Origin: the human T2T-CHM13v2.0 reference genome, Homo sapiens | Assembly: GCF_009914755.1 (NCBI RefSeq) | Contig: NC_060934.1 | Strand: one strand, 5' to 3' | DNA: 64,000 bases | In this document: positions 12,441 to 26,089 of the stretch, in pieces | How positions within the stretch are numbered: position 1 is the stretch's first letter | Layout: each line of letters opens with the position of its first letter | Notes under the pieces: generated by a model | The model's database searches: none | Seen by the model: the letters and a program-made list of their open reading frames with translations, nothing else | What the model was told of the DNA's origin: nothing | Program-made: the position numbers and the translations under genes

Positions 12441-14297
12441 TCAGGAAATGTTTAGAATCTGAGAATGTAGTCCGAATGGGGATGGGGAGATAGAAAAACA
12501 GGGAGAGGGGGAGTTGGCTTGAGGTTCCCCTCCCCTTACTCCCACCCTTCTTTTCCTTTTCCCAGAGTTCTCCTCCAATATAGCTATTATTCCAACATAC
12601 AGCTTTTAGACAGCCACCACCTCCTCCTGTCAATGCAGTGCAGACTCTGCCCAGCCCCCCAACTCACCCCCCCCAACAAAATTAAATTTCTTTCTAAAAA
12701 GCAAATGTAAACTGATTTGCACAGAAGGGGAGAATAATTTAAGAAATGAATTTATTATGCTTCTACTGGCATTTCTACTTTAAGGATAAAGGTTTCTTTA
12801 ATGATGGTTTCTTGAGAAAGTATTTGCTAAGACCAGCTCCTGTTTATGAAATAGAAGGTTAGTAGACAACAAAGACCAATATTCTCTTCTGATGACCGTA
12901 AGAATGGCAGGACATGTTATTTGAGCAACAAAAAATGAAAATAAGTCTAATGTGGAGGTAGACACATCCATCGTAGTAGTTTGTTAAGCGTTTTTCCTTA
13001 TTATAGGTGTGCTGGAGTTCAGGCTAGAGTGTGTTCTATGTACGTGCACTCATGGACTTGAATGTCATTTCTTATTGTTGCTGTTGATCACTGGCCATGG
13101 GTTCTCTCTGTAGGACCACTAGTTTGGAGAATTTAGTTTGGGGAAGGAACTTGTGGTATTTTCTCGCAGGGTGAAAAGGATCTTACATTAAAAGATTATA
13201 TGTTCTAAGTTTTAACTAGTCTTTACTAGGGGTGACATGCTTCTGACAGTTTGGATGACTTTTAAGAACTTTTGCAAGGCTGCTATAAATATATTTTCAG
13301 TCATATTCATCATGAATATTCCTATACCCAGAAATAAGTTTGAAACAAAGAGAAGTATTTTGTCATTAGGTGGCCTCAGCAACACTCACTCTTTACTCTC
13401 CTAATCAAGTCTGGTCTGCCTCACACACAGGTCTTATCTAGACTTTTCTCTCTATCTTGATTTAGCTGTTGGCTCTGCAGATCCTAATGATAATTGAGAT
13501 TAATCTTTAGGATATTTGTTTACTGTATATTTAGGAACTGCTAAGAAAACAGCCAATTTACAACAAGGTCTGCATACAAGATTTTCTGTCTATATGGCAT
13601 TGAATTTGTCACCTAATTGTCTCCATAGGAAGTTTTATCTAAAAGCACCATGGTTTATTCCAGTGACACAGGCCTTTTCAAACTCCAGTTTGACAAAGGA
13701 AGCTCTTTTTTTGAAATACAAAAGCAAAGCAATCAAAACCATAAAATCAATAGCATGTATTTTCTTGCAGTGCTATCATTTAGAAGTGATTGAACAGATA
13801 GTGTTCAAGTTGAGGTTATTTGATTTGTTTTCTGCTTAGGATCTTCTGTCAGTCATCACTAGTTTTCTTTTTGGTGTTATTTGGCATTGTTCTATAGTCC
13901 ATCAAAGCAGAAGCTTAAGAGAAAAATAACACTGAAGTTTTAGGAAGATATTTCATTGCATGTTTTACAATGTAAAAAAAATTATTGTGGAATTACAAAT
14001 GATGGACCAAGAAAATTAGCAAAATGAAAAGAAACAGATGTGTGTTTATGTGTGTTTATCTCAGGCAGCAGATTATTGGGCAGGAACATTCCTGAGTAGA
14101 GTTTTTGACTCTTAGGAAAGGCTCAGGGTATGCTATGAAGGCCACAGCCATAGACAACCTAGCCATGGTTGCTCTGAATAAATCATGGATTCTGCCTAAG
14201 GCAGTGACCCTGTAGCTCAGCATTACCCAAATATATCTGTACAACATTAGTCCTCCAAGACGAATGAAGTTTCTATGGTCAAAGATGTTTGAGATGC

Positions 14298-14658
14298 TGA
14301 TATGGTTTGCCTGTGCCCCCACCCAAATCTTATCTTGAATTGTACTTCCCATAATCCCCACGTGTAGTGGGAGGGATCCAGTGGGAGGTAATTGAATCAT
14401 GGGGGTGGGTTTTTCCCATGCTGTTCTCATGCTAGTGAATAAGTCTCACAAGATCTGATGGTTTTATAAGTGGGAGGTCCCCTCCACAAGCTCTCTTGCC
14501 TGCTGCCATGTAAGACATACCTTTGCTCCTCTTTTGCCTTCTGTAATGATTGTGAGGCCTCCCCAGCCATGTGAAATTCTGAGTTCATTAAGTCTCTTTT
14601 TCTTTATAAATTACCCAGTCTCAGGTATGTCTTTATTAGCAGCGTGAGAACTAATACA
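14298..14658 (+). mobile_element. THE1 solo LTR (THE1B/C-like)
   Basis: TGATATGGTTTG...CTAATACA; perfect TSD GATGC at 14293-14297 and 14659-14663. Confidence 0.95.
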
Positions 14659-15613
14659 GATGCAGATTCACAAACATAGTAGCAATCAGGAGTCATTTAC
14701 AATATTGCTTAACCCAGTGTTCCTCAGAGCTATTCCCCTAGCTCTCTTTTCCCATCTAGTACCTATTGCTCACCTGTAAAAGTAGAGTCCTGGTGATCAC
14801 ACTTTGGGAAATGGCAATACCTTTTTACTCCTTAATTCCCTTCTGTGAGTCATAAGAACCATATCGACTACCTAATTTTGTTTATGAAGAGTGTGTTGTT
14901 ATGGCTGGACAACTTTCTTACAATGATAACTTTAGATCTTGGCAATGTGCCACTTGTGTCTAACAGAGAGAAAAAAGAAAAAAAAATTTAAGATAACCCC
15001 AATGCTCCTAAAGAATTGTGGAATCTTTGTTAAGTCATTGAGCTCTCCATTCTGTCTTTTTACCAGTGAAATTAGGAGGCTGAACACTAGCTCCTCTCCC
15101 CTTTTCAAGGATTCTCCAAGCTCTGATATTCTGCAACCCTGATATAATGTTGCAGGTTCTTCTTTCCCCTCCCCAGCAGCATTCTCACATCCTCACACCC
15201 AGTGAGAGTCATTTCCTGATGGTCTACAGTCTGGTCAGTGTTCTATTCTCTCTGAAATCTCCAGTAACTGATTACAGGGGGTCAATGGGTTCTCATCATG
15301 TCTTTGAGGAGCTTCAAGATAACATTTTCTTGCTGAATTGTCAGTCCTTCACCTGAAAGTTTCAGAGCCACTTCCTTCCCTGAGCACGAGGCCTGAAGTT
15401 GCTTTCTGTGGAATAAGTGGGCCACTCCTAAAGGCCACCAACCCAGGTGAAATGCCATTGGATGGCAACAGTCACGTATCTTCTAGGCAGGGGCTAGGAT
15501 GCCCAGTGGTGGGGGGTTCTGTCTTTGTCTTCTCTTATATATGATCCCAAGTAATTACTTTTCTTTTCCAACTTGATTTCAAATATACTACCTACTTACA
15601 GGAAATATGGAAA

Positions 15614-15616
<3 letters not shown>

Positions 15617-15644
<28 letters not shown>
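15617..15644. repeat. (AC)14 microsatellite
   Basis: Direct reading. Confidence 0.95.
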
Positions 15645-15649
<5 letters not shown>

Positions 15650-16945
15650 AAAACAAAAATCACCCATAATAACAACGAAGAATAACATTGACCCAGGGGC
15701 TTTCTTTTTCATATAGCTCTGTCTCTATCTCTGTCATTAGGAGGGAATTTATTTCTTATTCCTGATGTTTCTTTCCATGTTGGGGAACACCCATTAGCCA
15801 AAACACTCCTAACTGCTTACCATAGCCCTTGCTTGACTCCTGGGGAGGTGGAGTGTTATTGAACTGGTGAGTTTGGGAGAGAAACAAGGTATGAACAGCC
15901 CCACTCCTACTTGTCTTTGTTTACTGGAGGGTGCTCCTGCCAAGGATATGTGGTCTCACTCGCTCTCAGCAAGCTAAGTGGGGAAGGTTTAAGGGAGGCC
16001 TGTGGAGTGGCCAGGTGGTTAAATCTGGCTGATTAGGTCCCCTGACCTAGACCTGAACTTCTGTACTCTACCAGATTCGCAGACATGCCTTGCTCTTTGT
16101 AAACCCCCTGAGTGAACACAACTCCAGTTCCCTTGTAGCCAGTCTTACCGTGCTTCAAACATACCCAGATCTTCCTGAACCCCCAGCAGTCAATGTTACA
16201 TGGCAACATGATATTTCTGCTATAATGAAGTTATTATATTAATACTAATATATGTTTCTCTGATTGCTTTCGTAAGCTAAAATTCCTTGAAGTAAAACGT
16301 CTAGGTCCAAGGGTGTGGACATTTTAAAGGATTTTGATATGTATTTCCATATTTGGGCTGATATTCAGATAATGGACCAAGCTCACTTTAGCATCAAAGG
16401 CATAGAGAATAGAATCCCTGTTTTGTTTTGAGCAGAAAGGCATCTTAGAAATTATCTGAAAATGTCAGCATCAGTCTTTCTTTGGTGGAGTCAACTCAAT
16501 CATCAGACATCAATCTCTAATAATTCAAAATCACTGGGGGAAAACATCACAAACAAGTCTCTTATTTTTCTCCTTCCTATTCACCTCACAACCCTCCCAG
16601 TGGTCACACTGTTTCACAGGGCTCCAGTTCAGCCAGGTGGAAGGTCCGATCTCTGACTGCCTGGGGAAAGATGGTTTTAGAGTTATTGGTGCAGGACACA
16701 CTCTGAGGAGCAGATTCACTGTTTCTCTAATCAGTCTGGCACCAGTGCCTTCATGGGGCAGTGCTGTAGAAGGATTCTTGCATTTCTCATCAAAAGATTA
16801 GGCTCTTAGGATCTCTTCATTTTTCTGAAAGCATTTGCTAAAGGTGTCCTCTGGAATTAGCACACATTGCCTGAAAATGCTGTGTGCTGACTGAGGGGGA
16901 AACATGGCTAGAACAGACCCTCTTTGTGCTGGGAGTACTGCCTGC

Positions 16946-17032
16946 TAGGGTGACCACCTGTCTTTGTTTTCTCAGGACAGTCCCAGGTTTAGCACTGACA
17001 GTCCAGGCAAACTAGGACAATCGGTTACCCTG
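16946..17032. mobile_element. MER81-like hAT-Blackjack MITE
   Basis: TIRs tagggtgacc... / ...ggttaccctg; internal ggacagtcccaggtttagcactga. Confidence 0.8.
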
Positions 17033-17129
17033 CTCCCAAGTAAATGCCAGCCCTGAAATTCCTACCTTCAGGGTACTAACAAGTTAGACAATTAGACAGT
17101 GGAGATATTGATTTTGGAATGTCTGTTTA

Positions 17130-17350
17130 ATATGTGGTAAAAATAATTTTGGGCTTAGAAACCAGAAGCTCAGCTTCTCTCTTCCCCTTGTTATGAGCTC
17201 TGAGATCTTGGGGGAGTTAACACTCCTCCCTGTGTTTCGTTTTTCTCATCTGTAAAACCTGAGTAGTAGACTTGCCCTGCCTGTTTCACCGAACGGCTCC
17301 AGGGAGCAAATGTAATATTGTATACGAAGGCACTTTGTAAACTGTAAGAA
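17130..17350 (+). mobile_element. MIR SINE
   Basis: tttctcatctgtaaaac...gcaaatgtaatattgtatacgaaggcactttgtaaactgtaa. Confidence 0.7.
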
Positions 17351-19907
17351 GTGGGTCAGCGTAATGTGATTTTATTGTTCTAAGATATTTATGCATCAAT
17401 AACACATGAGTCTCAGTTATGATTTATTCTATTTATTCTGAATTTTGTTTCTCATCCTCACAGTTAGGGGTAAACAAACACACATGTCATATGCTGTAGA
17501 TGGTGACTGGGGCAAAATCTGGAGTTACAGCGAGGCTCAGGGAGCTGCTGAGATGTCATCCTTTGAAAAGGCAGGGTCATTACTTTTGGTGCCTGTAGGC
17601 CCCTCTGCCATCTGTGGGTCTCTTCCCTTTGCTGTCTCATAGGACAAAGAATGAGTTTGAGGTGAAGGTGGACTGAAGATTAATCCTATTCTGTCAGGCA
17701 TGGAACAAGCTTTTCCAAAGAGCAATCAGTAAAGGAGTCAAGGATGGCAAAAAGAAGGAGATGCCTTGCCTTATTTCCTCCTTTTATTTTTTTCCATTTC
17801 CTAAGAGCCCAAGTTTGTGAAATGGGCCTCTAGTGGGAAGTGTTTTAAATGAGAAACTCCGTGGAACACAAAACATGATGGGCAATGTGAATTGCTTTTT
17901 GTGTTGAGTTTTTGGTACCCACATTTGCCTGACTGCAGTTTACTACTTGAGAGAGAGGAATAGAATGGAAAATGCTGTAGGCACTACAGAGGGCCCATTA
18001 TCTCAAAATAATTCTTCCCTTTTAGAATGTCACTGCAGTAAGGCTGGGGGCAGAGAACAGATGTGGCTCCTAGTCAAGAATACTTAGAACCCAAACCAGA
18101 AATTGAACTATGGGAATAGCTGACATCCAGGACGAAAGGCCATTGTTGACTGGTTGGTACTGAGCAATAGTGTCTAGCCCCTCGAAATGCAAATGCTGTT
18201 GTTTGCAGCACAAAAGCACCAATTTTCCCTTTAACAGAGCGTGTACTATTAAAATAGCATGTCCTGTGTGTAGTTGCCGCACATTCTTTCCATTTTTTTT
18301 TTTTCTGTGTGAGTCAGAGTGCAGATTCTCGACAAGGCTGAAAAGAAAGAAAGCCATCTAATTTACATGGGCACAGAGTACCCACATCTGGATAGAGTTA
18401 GAATGAGCGGGAATTACTTGCAGCATTTAAATATAGGCGTGCAGACCTTCTTTCTTTTGACCATATGAGGCATTCACATGTAATTCCATGAAAGAAAAAC
18501 CCAAAAGTCTACTTCTTATTAAAAGAGGCTGTTGTTGCTAGTGTGATTCAACCATTACAGGAACTGACCCAAACTTACAGGAATTGACCCAAACCTGGAG
18601 GCTGACAATGAGTGGCATGAGGCCACCATACTCTCACCACCCTTCAGATGGTCAGAATTATACAATATTGTTGAAGGCATGCTAGTACCTACTTGTCTGT
18701 GCCAGGAGGTTGGCAGGATCTGAAATCTGTCCCAGTTGGAACTCATAAGCATTGTAGTAAGCTGCTGATGCTGGGGAAACTGGGTGGAAATTATCAATGG
18801 GGTCAGGCCCCACGCTGGATGAGTCTTGTGTGCTTTACCACCACCACTGATAGACCTGTTTCCAGTTCAAATAAGATGTGGGGAAAGGGAATATAAATAG
18901 CAGATACCCAGGCCCTAAAAATGTGAAAATGAATAGCTGATATACAGAAACCAGGAAAAATAGGGGAAAGATAAATGGCTGTCTTCTGAAACTAGGGCCT
19001 CATTAATACCTAATTACTGGCATTTAAGGAAGAACTATATAGATTTCACATATGAGTTGATACGTTTATTGATGTGTGGGTGGCAGTGGCATTACTAAAG
19101 ACCCTAGTGAGGAAACTGGTAGACAATATAGAAGGTTATAATGTTAGAGAGTTAACAAGGCAGAAAGTATATATCACTTTATGGACTTGTTCTCAAAATG
19201 ACCCACAAAGCATTATAACAACACTTAGCTCTATGCATTTGCTGAGTTCCACCTTCCCCATGTCAGATTTCTCTCAGATTATATCTGGTAGAATTTTAGG
19301 CATTTGGGCTTAACTTCCTCTATATGCTCCTCTCAGGCCTCTGACAGTCTTCTGAAGAAGCATGACAATATTATCATCTTTGCAGTTAGCTTTATCAGAG
19401 TTTCTTTCTGGGAGGGTAGCTGTCTTTATTTAGAAACAGTCCTTGATAAGTTGTGAATGATAAAAGTGAGACTCCTAAGGCAGGCATTGCACAGGCTGAA
19501 GAAAAGTGAAGAGAAAGCAAACTTGCTCTGCATTGGATAGAAGGTGAAAAATAAGACTGTGTGTTGAAGGAGAAGAAAGAGAGAATGAGGAGAGAAGACA
19601 ATGAGATTGGAAAAGTTCCCAGCACTATGGCCATTGGGGACTGAAAAGACTTCCAAAAATAGAGATATCTGCTATTCAGTTTGAAGTTTCTTTTATTGCT
19701 GGGATGGGAAATCTTGTCTCCCCATAGTCAGGGCTTCAGTAAAGTCTACCTCTATAAATGTAAATTGCCTTTAGTGAGTGAATTTTTGGAGACCAAGGAA
19801 CTGAGGAGTTTCACATTGGGTTTGATGAAATAGTGAATTGGGAGATAATGCATTAGCTGAAGTAACAGGAATTTGTAGGCAGAGGTATGGTAAGGACTGC
19901 TAAGTGA

Positions 19908-20323
<416 letters not shown>

Positions 20324-21603
20324 AAGAATGCATTTTCAAGCCTTTTTAAAAGTACGTGTCAACATGTGACTTAAGATGGTTAATATATGTGTAGAAACGA
20401 TACGTATTTCTTTTAGGCTGTGCCTTTAAAGGAAATGAGCAAACATTCCCCTGCCACTTTCCCATTTTTGCTGGCTAGTAAATAATGAAAGAGCTGGAGC
20501 AGATATCTTGGACCCAAATATGGGTGGCAGATGTTGAGGATGATAGAGCCATCTTACTAATTCTTGCTTGCCAACATCTGGACTGTTATATGAGAGAAAA
20601 ATGAAATTTTAGATGCAGTAAGTTGCAAAAGCACTATTATTTTATGTAACCTCAAGAAGAAAAATATACATACCCAGTTAAACTATGACATAATGCTTGA
20701 ATGACATTGATTACAAAACACATTTCCATTTCAGAATTGTTTACAAGTGAAAATTTTGTATTTTAAAACAATACATTTCTTGTTTAAGCCACTGCACCTG
20801 GGATTCATTGTGTTAGTGGTTTATGCTATATTCCACCTAACATAGAATTTGCTATCAGAAGTGGGGTGCTGTCATAACATAACCCAAAATAAGTGGTTTA
20901 GTGGTTGGGCAGCAGGAGGCAAAGAAAAACATTGCAGGCTGAGAATCTGGTGACTCCTGTTACATCCTGACAAAATATTCAGAAAAATGTTCTCTAATAA
21001 AACTTTGAAAGACAGACTGTATGATGCTAGATCAAGAAACTTTGGTGAAACTGGTTGGAAAAGTCAGAATGTTGATGTAGTCTAGAAATTTCTTATCACT
21101 TTTAGATTGATGACATCAGTCTAGTTATAAAAGGTGACTCATAATCTAAAGTGGCAGCTTTAGCAAATGGTAGTGTTTTAGCCCAAGACTTTCCCATCAC
21201 TTGCCAGCAAGACTTCCCATCCAAATGGTGAGAGCTAATCCAGAAGCAAAAATCAGATTAAGGGTGCTGCCTTCCCAACCAAATCTATTGTTTCAGATGG
21301 TCCCAAAGAAGCTATAATTAATGAGAAAATGAGAAAGAGAGAGTGAGAGTGAGAGTAAGAGAGAGAGAGAGAGAGTTGGAGCACAAAGACCAGTACATGT
21401 AAGATCAGTTTTTTTTGTTGTTTTTTTTTTTTTAAAAAAAACTCTGTTTGGATGAACTCTTTGGCTGCAGTTAAATATATATGGAACCAATGGAACCAAA
21501 TAGCCAGAAGCATAAAAATAGTTTTGAGAAATTTAATTGCCAAAAACCCACAAGTCTGGTTTCCAAAAGCCTCTTATTCTTCCATCCCTAAAACAACCCC
21601 AGT

Positions 21604-21895
21604 GGTATTAGTCCATTTTCATACTGCTATGAAGAAATATCTGAGACTGGGTAATTTATAAAGAAAAAGGGGTTTAATGGACTCACAGTTCCACATGGCT
21701 ACGGAGGCCTCACAATCATGGCGGATGGCAAAGGAGGAGGAAAGGTATGTCTTACATGGTGGCAGGCAAGAGAGTATGTGCAACTTGCCCCCATGATTCA
21801 ATTACTTCCCACTGGGTCACTCCCACGACACATGGGGATTATGGGAGCTACAACTGAAGATGAGATTTGGGTAGGGACACAGCCAAACCACATCA
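21604..21895 (-). mobile_element. THE1C-like LTR with an internal deletion, nested in the MLT1 internal region
   Basis: gtattagtccattttcatactgctatgaagaaat...gggacacagccaaaccacatca; ~70 bp shorter than the other THE1 copies. Confidence 0.9.
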
Positions 21896-22183
21896 CCAAC
21901 CCTCCAAATATACCCCAAGCAGGAAATAAGTTACAAAAGCAGTACAGCTCTCAAGTCGGGCATGGTCTTCAATACTCACTTTATATGTGATAAGTGAGAA
22001 TAATGGAGAAGGAAAAACTTCTAAGTAGGCAGAAGCAGGATCAAATTAAGGCAATTTATCCATTTAGGGAAGGGAGAATTTGGTAATTGCTATGGACAAA
22101 TGACTGCTGTGTTTTTCCCTTTTTCTTTACATAATAGGAGTTTTAAATTGTAGTTCATTTGTTTCTACTCCATCATTGTAGAC

Positions 22184-22217
22184 TGTGTGTGTGTGTATGT
22201 GTGTGTGTGTGTATGTG
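22184..22217. repeat. Interrupted (TG)n microsatellite
   Basis: Direct reading. Confidence 0.9.
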
Positions 22218-24940
22218 GAAGTGGAAGATAACTCTCCACTAGACCAAGAGAAATCCTATTTAGACTTGATGGAAAAGACTGCCCCTCATGGGAGAGCCCA
22301 GACTTGGAGCTAGACGGAATGTTGGGCTGGATTCCTCAGGGATGGGAAAAGTATGTTCCATTTGTTGGGGGAAAAAAAGGTGTGAATGGATATCTGAGTG
22401 GCTAGAGGCAGGATCTGATAGAGACTGCTGATTGTCCTCCAGCATCCATTTTTTCTTTCCTTTATGCATAGAATTTCCTTTTTGTAGTTTGATCTATGTC
22501 AGCCCAGGTAATGACTCCCATTCCAGGTCTTTTGCAGCTAGTTGTGCAGTGAGATGAGCTCTGGGCAATGGGGTATGAGCAGAAATAATGAGTGCCATTT
22601 CTGCACTATGCCTTTATAAGGCATAGACATGAGCTTTGTGTGTTATTTCCCTCTTCCTGCTATCTGGGATGCAGATATGATGGCAGGAGCTGGACCAGTC
22701 ACCTTGAACTCAGGCATGTAATCTCAGGCATTGAAGATGGCTGAGTAGCTTTACCTTCCTTGTTCTGGAAATCTCTGGACCATTACTTAGGAGAGAGTAA
22801 ACTTCTCTTGTGTTTAAGCCATTGCTGTTTTGAGCCTCTTTATTTTAGCAGCTTAGACTGAACCCCAAGTAATACAAGCCGTAACCAACCCATGAATTCA
22901 CACAAATCTTGTGGAGAGCTTCTGAATTAGAGATTCAAGCCAAATCTTATCTATATCTCAAGGGGAAAATGAGGAGAGAAGATAAGATCTAGATATACTA
23001 TAGGCCTTCCACTTCCCAGAACAGACCAGAAAACATAGACAGGAAATAAAGATACTAATACTGCCACAGCAGCCTCTGCCCCAAAATCTGGCCAGGAGGC
23101 AATGTGAATCTCACTCTGTCCAAAGATGTGGGTAATTTTTACATGTTTGTTCAGTGTTATCAGACTCCTTTCTGATATTATTGCTTAAAACCAATACTTT
23201 ACTACTGGCATAGAGAGGAAGAGAGGCCAAAACACATATTTTTCCCCCAACAGAAAATGTCAGAGTTTTTAAACAGAGAAATGCAAGAGATATTTCAAAA
23301 TTTATCAGTCACTGGACTAAATTGAGAAAGTTATGTTGTGGGTTTCTTGAGAGGTCTCATACAAAATAACAATGAACATGTATTAGGATTCTTGGAGCAG
23401 TCTTTCTATTTGAGTCACCTGGATGCTCAACTAGACGCATGCAAATAGGAAAATGTAGCTTTCTTTGCTGACTCCAGCCAGGCTCTGTCAGAAGCATTGA
23501 TAAGGGCAACTGATGCAGGCTGAGAATACGGGCATTGAATAAATGCTGAGCCAATTGCTTATATCCTCATTTACTCACAGAAACATGGATGTTTTACATC
23601 CAGAGAAGCCTTGACCAATAACCTGGTTCTCATTTTACATTCATGGAAAACTGAAGTGACTTGACTATTAGAGACAGCAGTAGACTGGAACATGGTCTCC
23701 TGATATCCAGATCGTTGTTCTTTATTTTATTATTGTTAAATTTTTAGTTGACACATAATCATTGTACATATTTGTGGGATACAGAGTATAGTTCAATACA
23801 TGTATATAATCAGGGTAATTTACATATCCATAACTTCAAATATTTATCATTTCTTTGTGTTGGGAACATTCAAGATCCTCTCTTCTGGCTATCTGAAAAT
23901 ATACAATGAATTATTGTTAACTATAATCACCCTACAGTGCTATAGAACACTGGAACTCATTTCTCTTATCTAGTTGTAATTTCATGTCTGTTAACCAGCT
24001 TCTCCTTATCTTTCCTTCCCCCTACCCTTCCCATCCTCTAATAATTACAATTCTACTCTCTACTTCTGTGTGCTTAACTTCATATGAGTGATTCTATGTC
24101 TGACTTATTTCACTTAACACAATGTCCTCCAGGCTTGGCCATATTGTGGTGAGTGTCAGGATTTCATTCTTTTTTATATCTGATATCTGATAGTATTCTA
24201 CTGTGTATATAGAAAAGGCACACTACATTTTCTTTATCCATTCATCTGTTGACAGGTGAATGGGTCGATTCCATATCTTGGCTACTGTAAATAATACTGC
24301 AATAAACATGAGGGTACATATATCTCTTCAATATATTGATTTCCTTTCTTTTGGATAAATACCCAGTAGTGGAATTGTTGAATGATACAGTAGTTCTATT
24401 TTTAGTTTTTTGAGGGACGTCCATACTGTTTTCCACAGTGGCTGTACTAATTTATATTCATACCAACAATGTGTAAGAGTTTTCTTTTCTCAGCATCCTT
24501 GCAAGCATTTGATATTTTTTTTGTCTTTCTTGTAATAAGCACTGTCACTGGGGTAAGATGATATCTCATTGTGGTTTTGATTTGCATTTCCCTGATGATC
24601 AGTGATGTTAAGCATTTTTTTCATATACTTGTTGGCAATTTGTATATTTTCATTTGAGAAAGGTCTATTCAGATCCTTTCTCCATTTTTAGACTGGATTA
24701 TTTGTATTTTTTTACTGTTGTTTGAATTTCTTATATATTCTAGACATTAGTCCTTTGTTGGATAAATAGATTGCAAATATTTTCTCTCATTCTACGGGTT
24801 GTCTCTTCACTCTGTGGATTGCTTCCTTGCCTATGCAGAAACTTTTTAGAGTGATATAGTCCCATTTATCTATGTTTGCTTTTGTTGCCTGTGCTTTTGA
24901 AGTCTTACTCATAAAATCTTTATCAAGACTAATGTCCTGA

Positions 24941-25321
<381 letters not shown>

Positions 25322-25828
25322 GAGTGGATTTTTGTATATGGTGAGGGATAGAAATCTAATTTCACTGATACCCAGTTTTTCCATCACCATTTATTGAAGA
25401 AGCTGTCCTTTCTTCAATGCATTTTCTTGGTGCCTTTGTTAAAAAGCAGTTGGCTGTGAATGCATTGACTTATTTCTGGGTTCTCTAGTCTATTTCTTTG
25501 GTCTACATGTCTGTTTCTGTACCATTACCATACTATTTTGGTTACTATAGCCTTGTAGTATGTTTTAAAGTCAGGTAACGTGATGCCTCCAGCTTTGTTC
25601 TTTTTGCTCAGTATTGCTTTGGCTATTCATGGTTAATTGTTTCATACACATTTTAGGAGTTTCTTTTTTCTGTTTCTGTGAAGAATGCCATTGGTATTTT
25701 GATAAGGATTGCATTGAATTTGTAGATTTCTTTGGATAGCATGCTCATTTTAAGAATATTAATTCTTACAATCCAGGAATGTGAGATATTTTTCTGTTTG
25801 CTTGTGCCCTCTACAAGTTCAGTGGTTG

Positions 25829-26089
25829 TTTTTTTAGACTCCTTTTATGCAACAAAGTTCCATCAAAGCCAATTTTAAAAGGCTAGTGAAAACTAATTAT
25901 TCTTGCTGCACTTTATACAAATAATCAGGCCAAGTATATAAACCAAATTGGTCTTTTTTTAAAAAAAAATTATGTCCATAGGTTTTGGGGGAACAGGTGG
26001 TATTTGGTTACATGAATAAGTTCCTTAGTGGTGATTTGTGAGATTTTGGTACACCCATCACTTAAGCAGTACACACTGAACCCAGTTTG
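25829..26089 (-). mobile_element. 5'-truncated L1PB 3' end (25954-26089) with ~118 bp of non-L1 3' extension (25836-25953)
   Basis: tccataggttttgggggaacaggtggtatttggttacatgaataagttccttagtggtgatttgtgagattttgg is an L1PB-type terminus; two T-tracts; TSD-like aagttcagtggt / aatttcagtgtt. Confidence 0.8.

Larger units (their letters stand above)
20410..22876 (+). mobile_element. Degenerate MLT1J-like MaLR provirus: 5' LTR (~20410-20844), internal region, 3' LTR (22416-22876)
   Basis: Both LTRs carry gagaga...tgtttaagcca.tgc and end in taacata/taataca; internal begins gaatttgctatcagaagtggggtgctg, like MLT1-int starts. Confidence 0.75.

Noticed and set aside
17600-17840. CTCF-like motifs (ctgccatctgtgg; gggcctctagtgg)
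   Set aside because: Each deviates at core positions, so it cannot be supported without PWM scoring or ChIP data.
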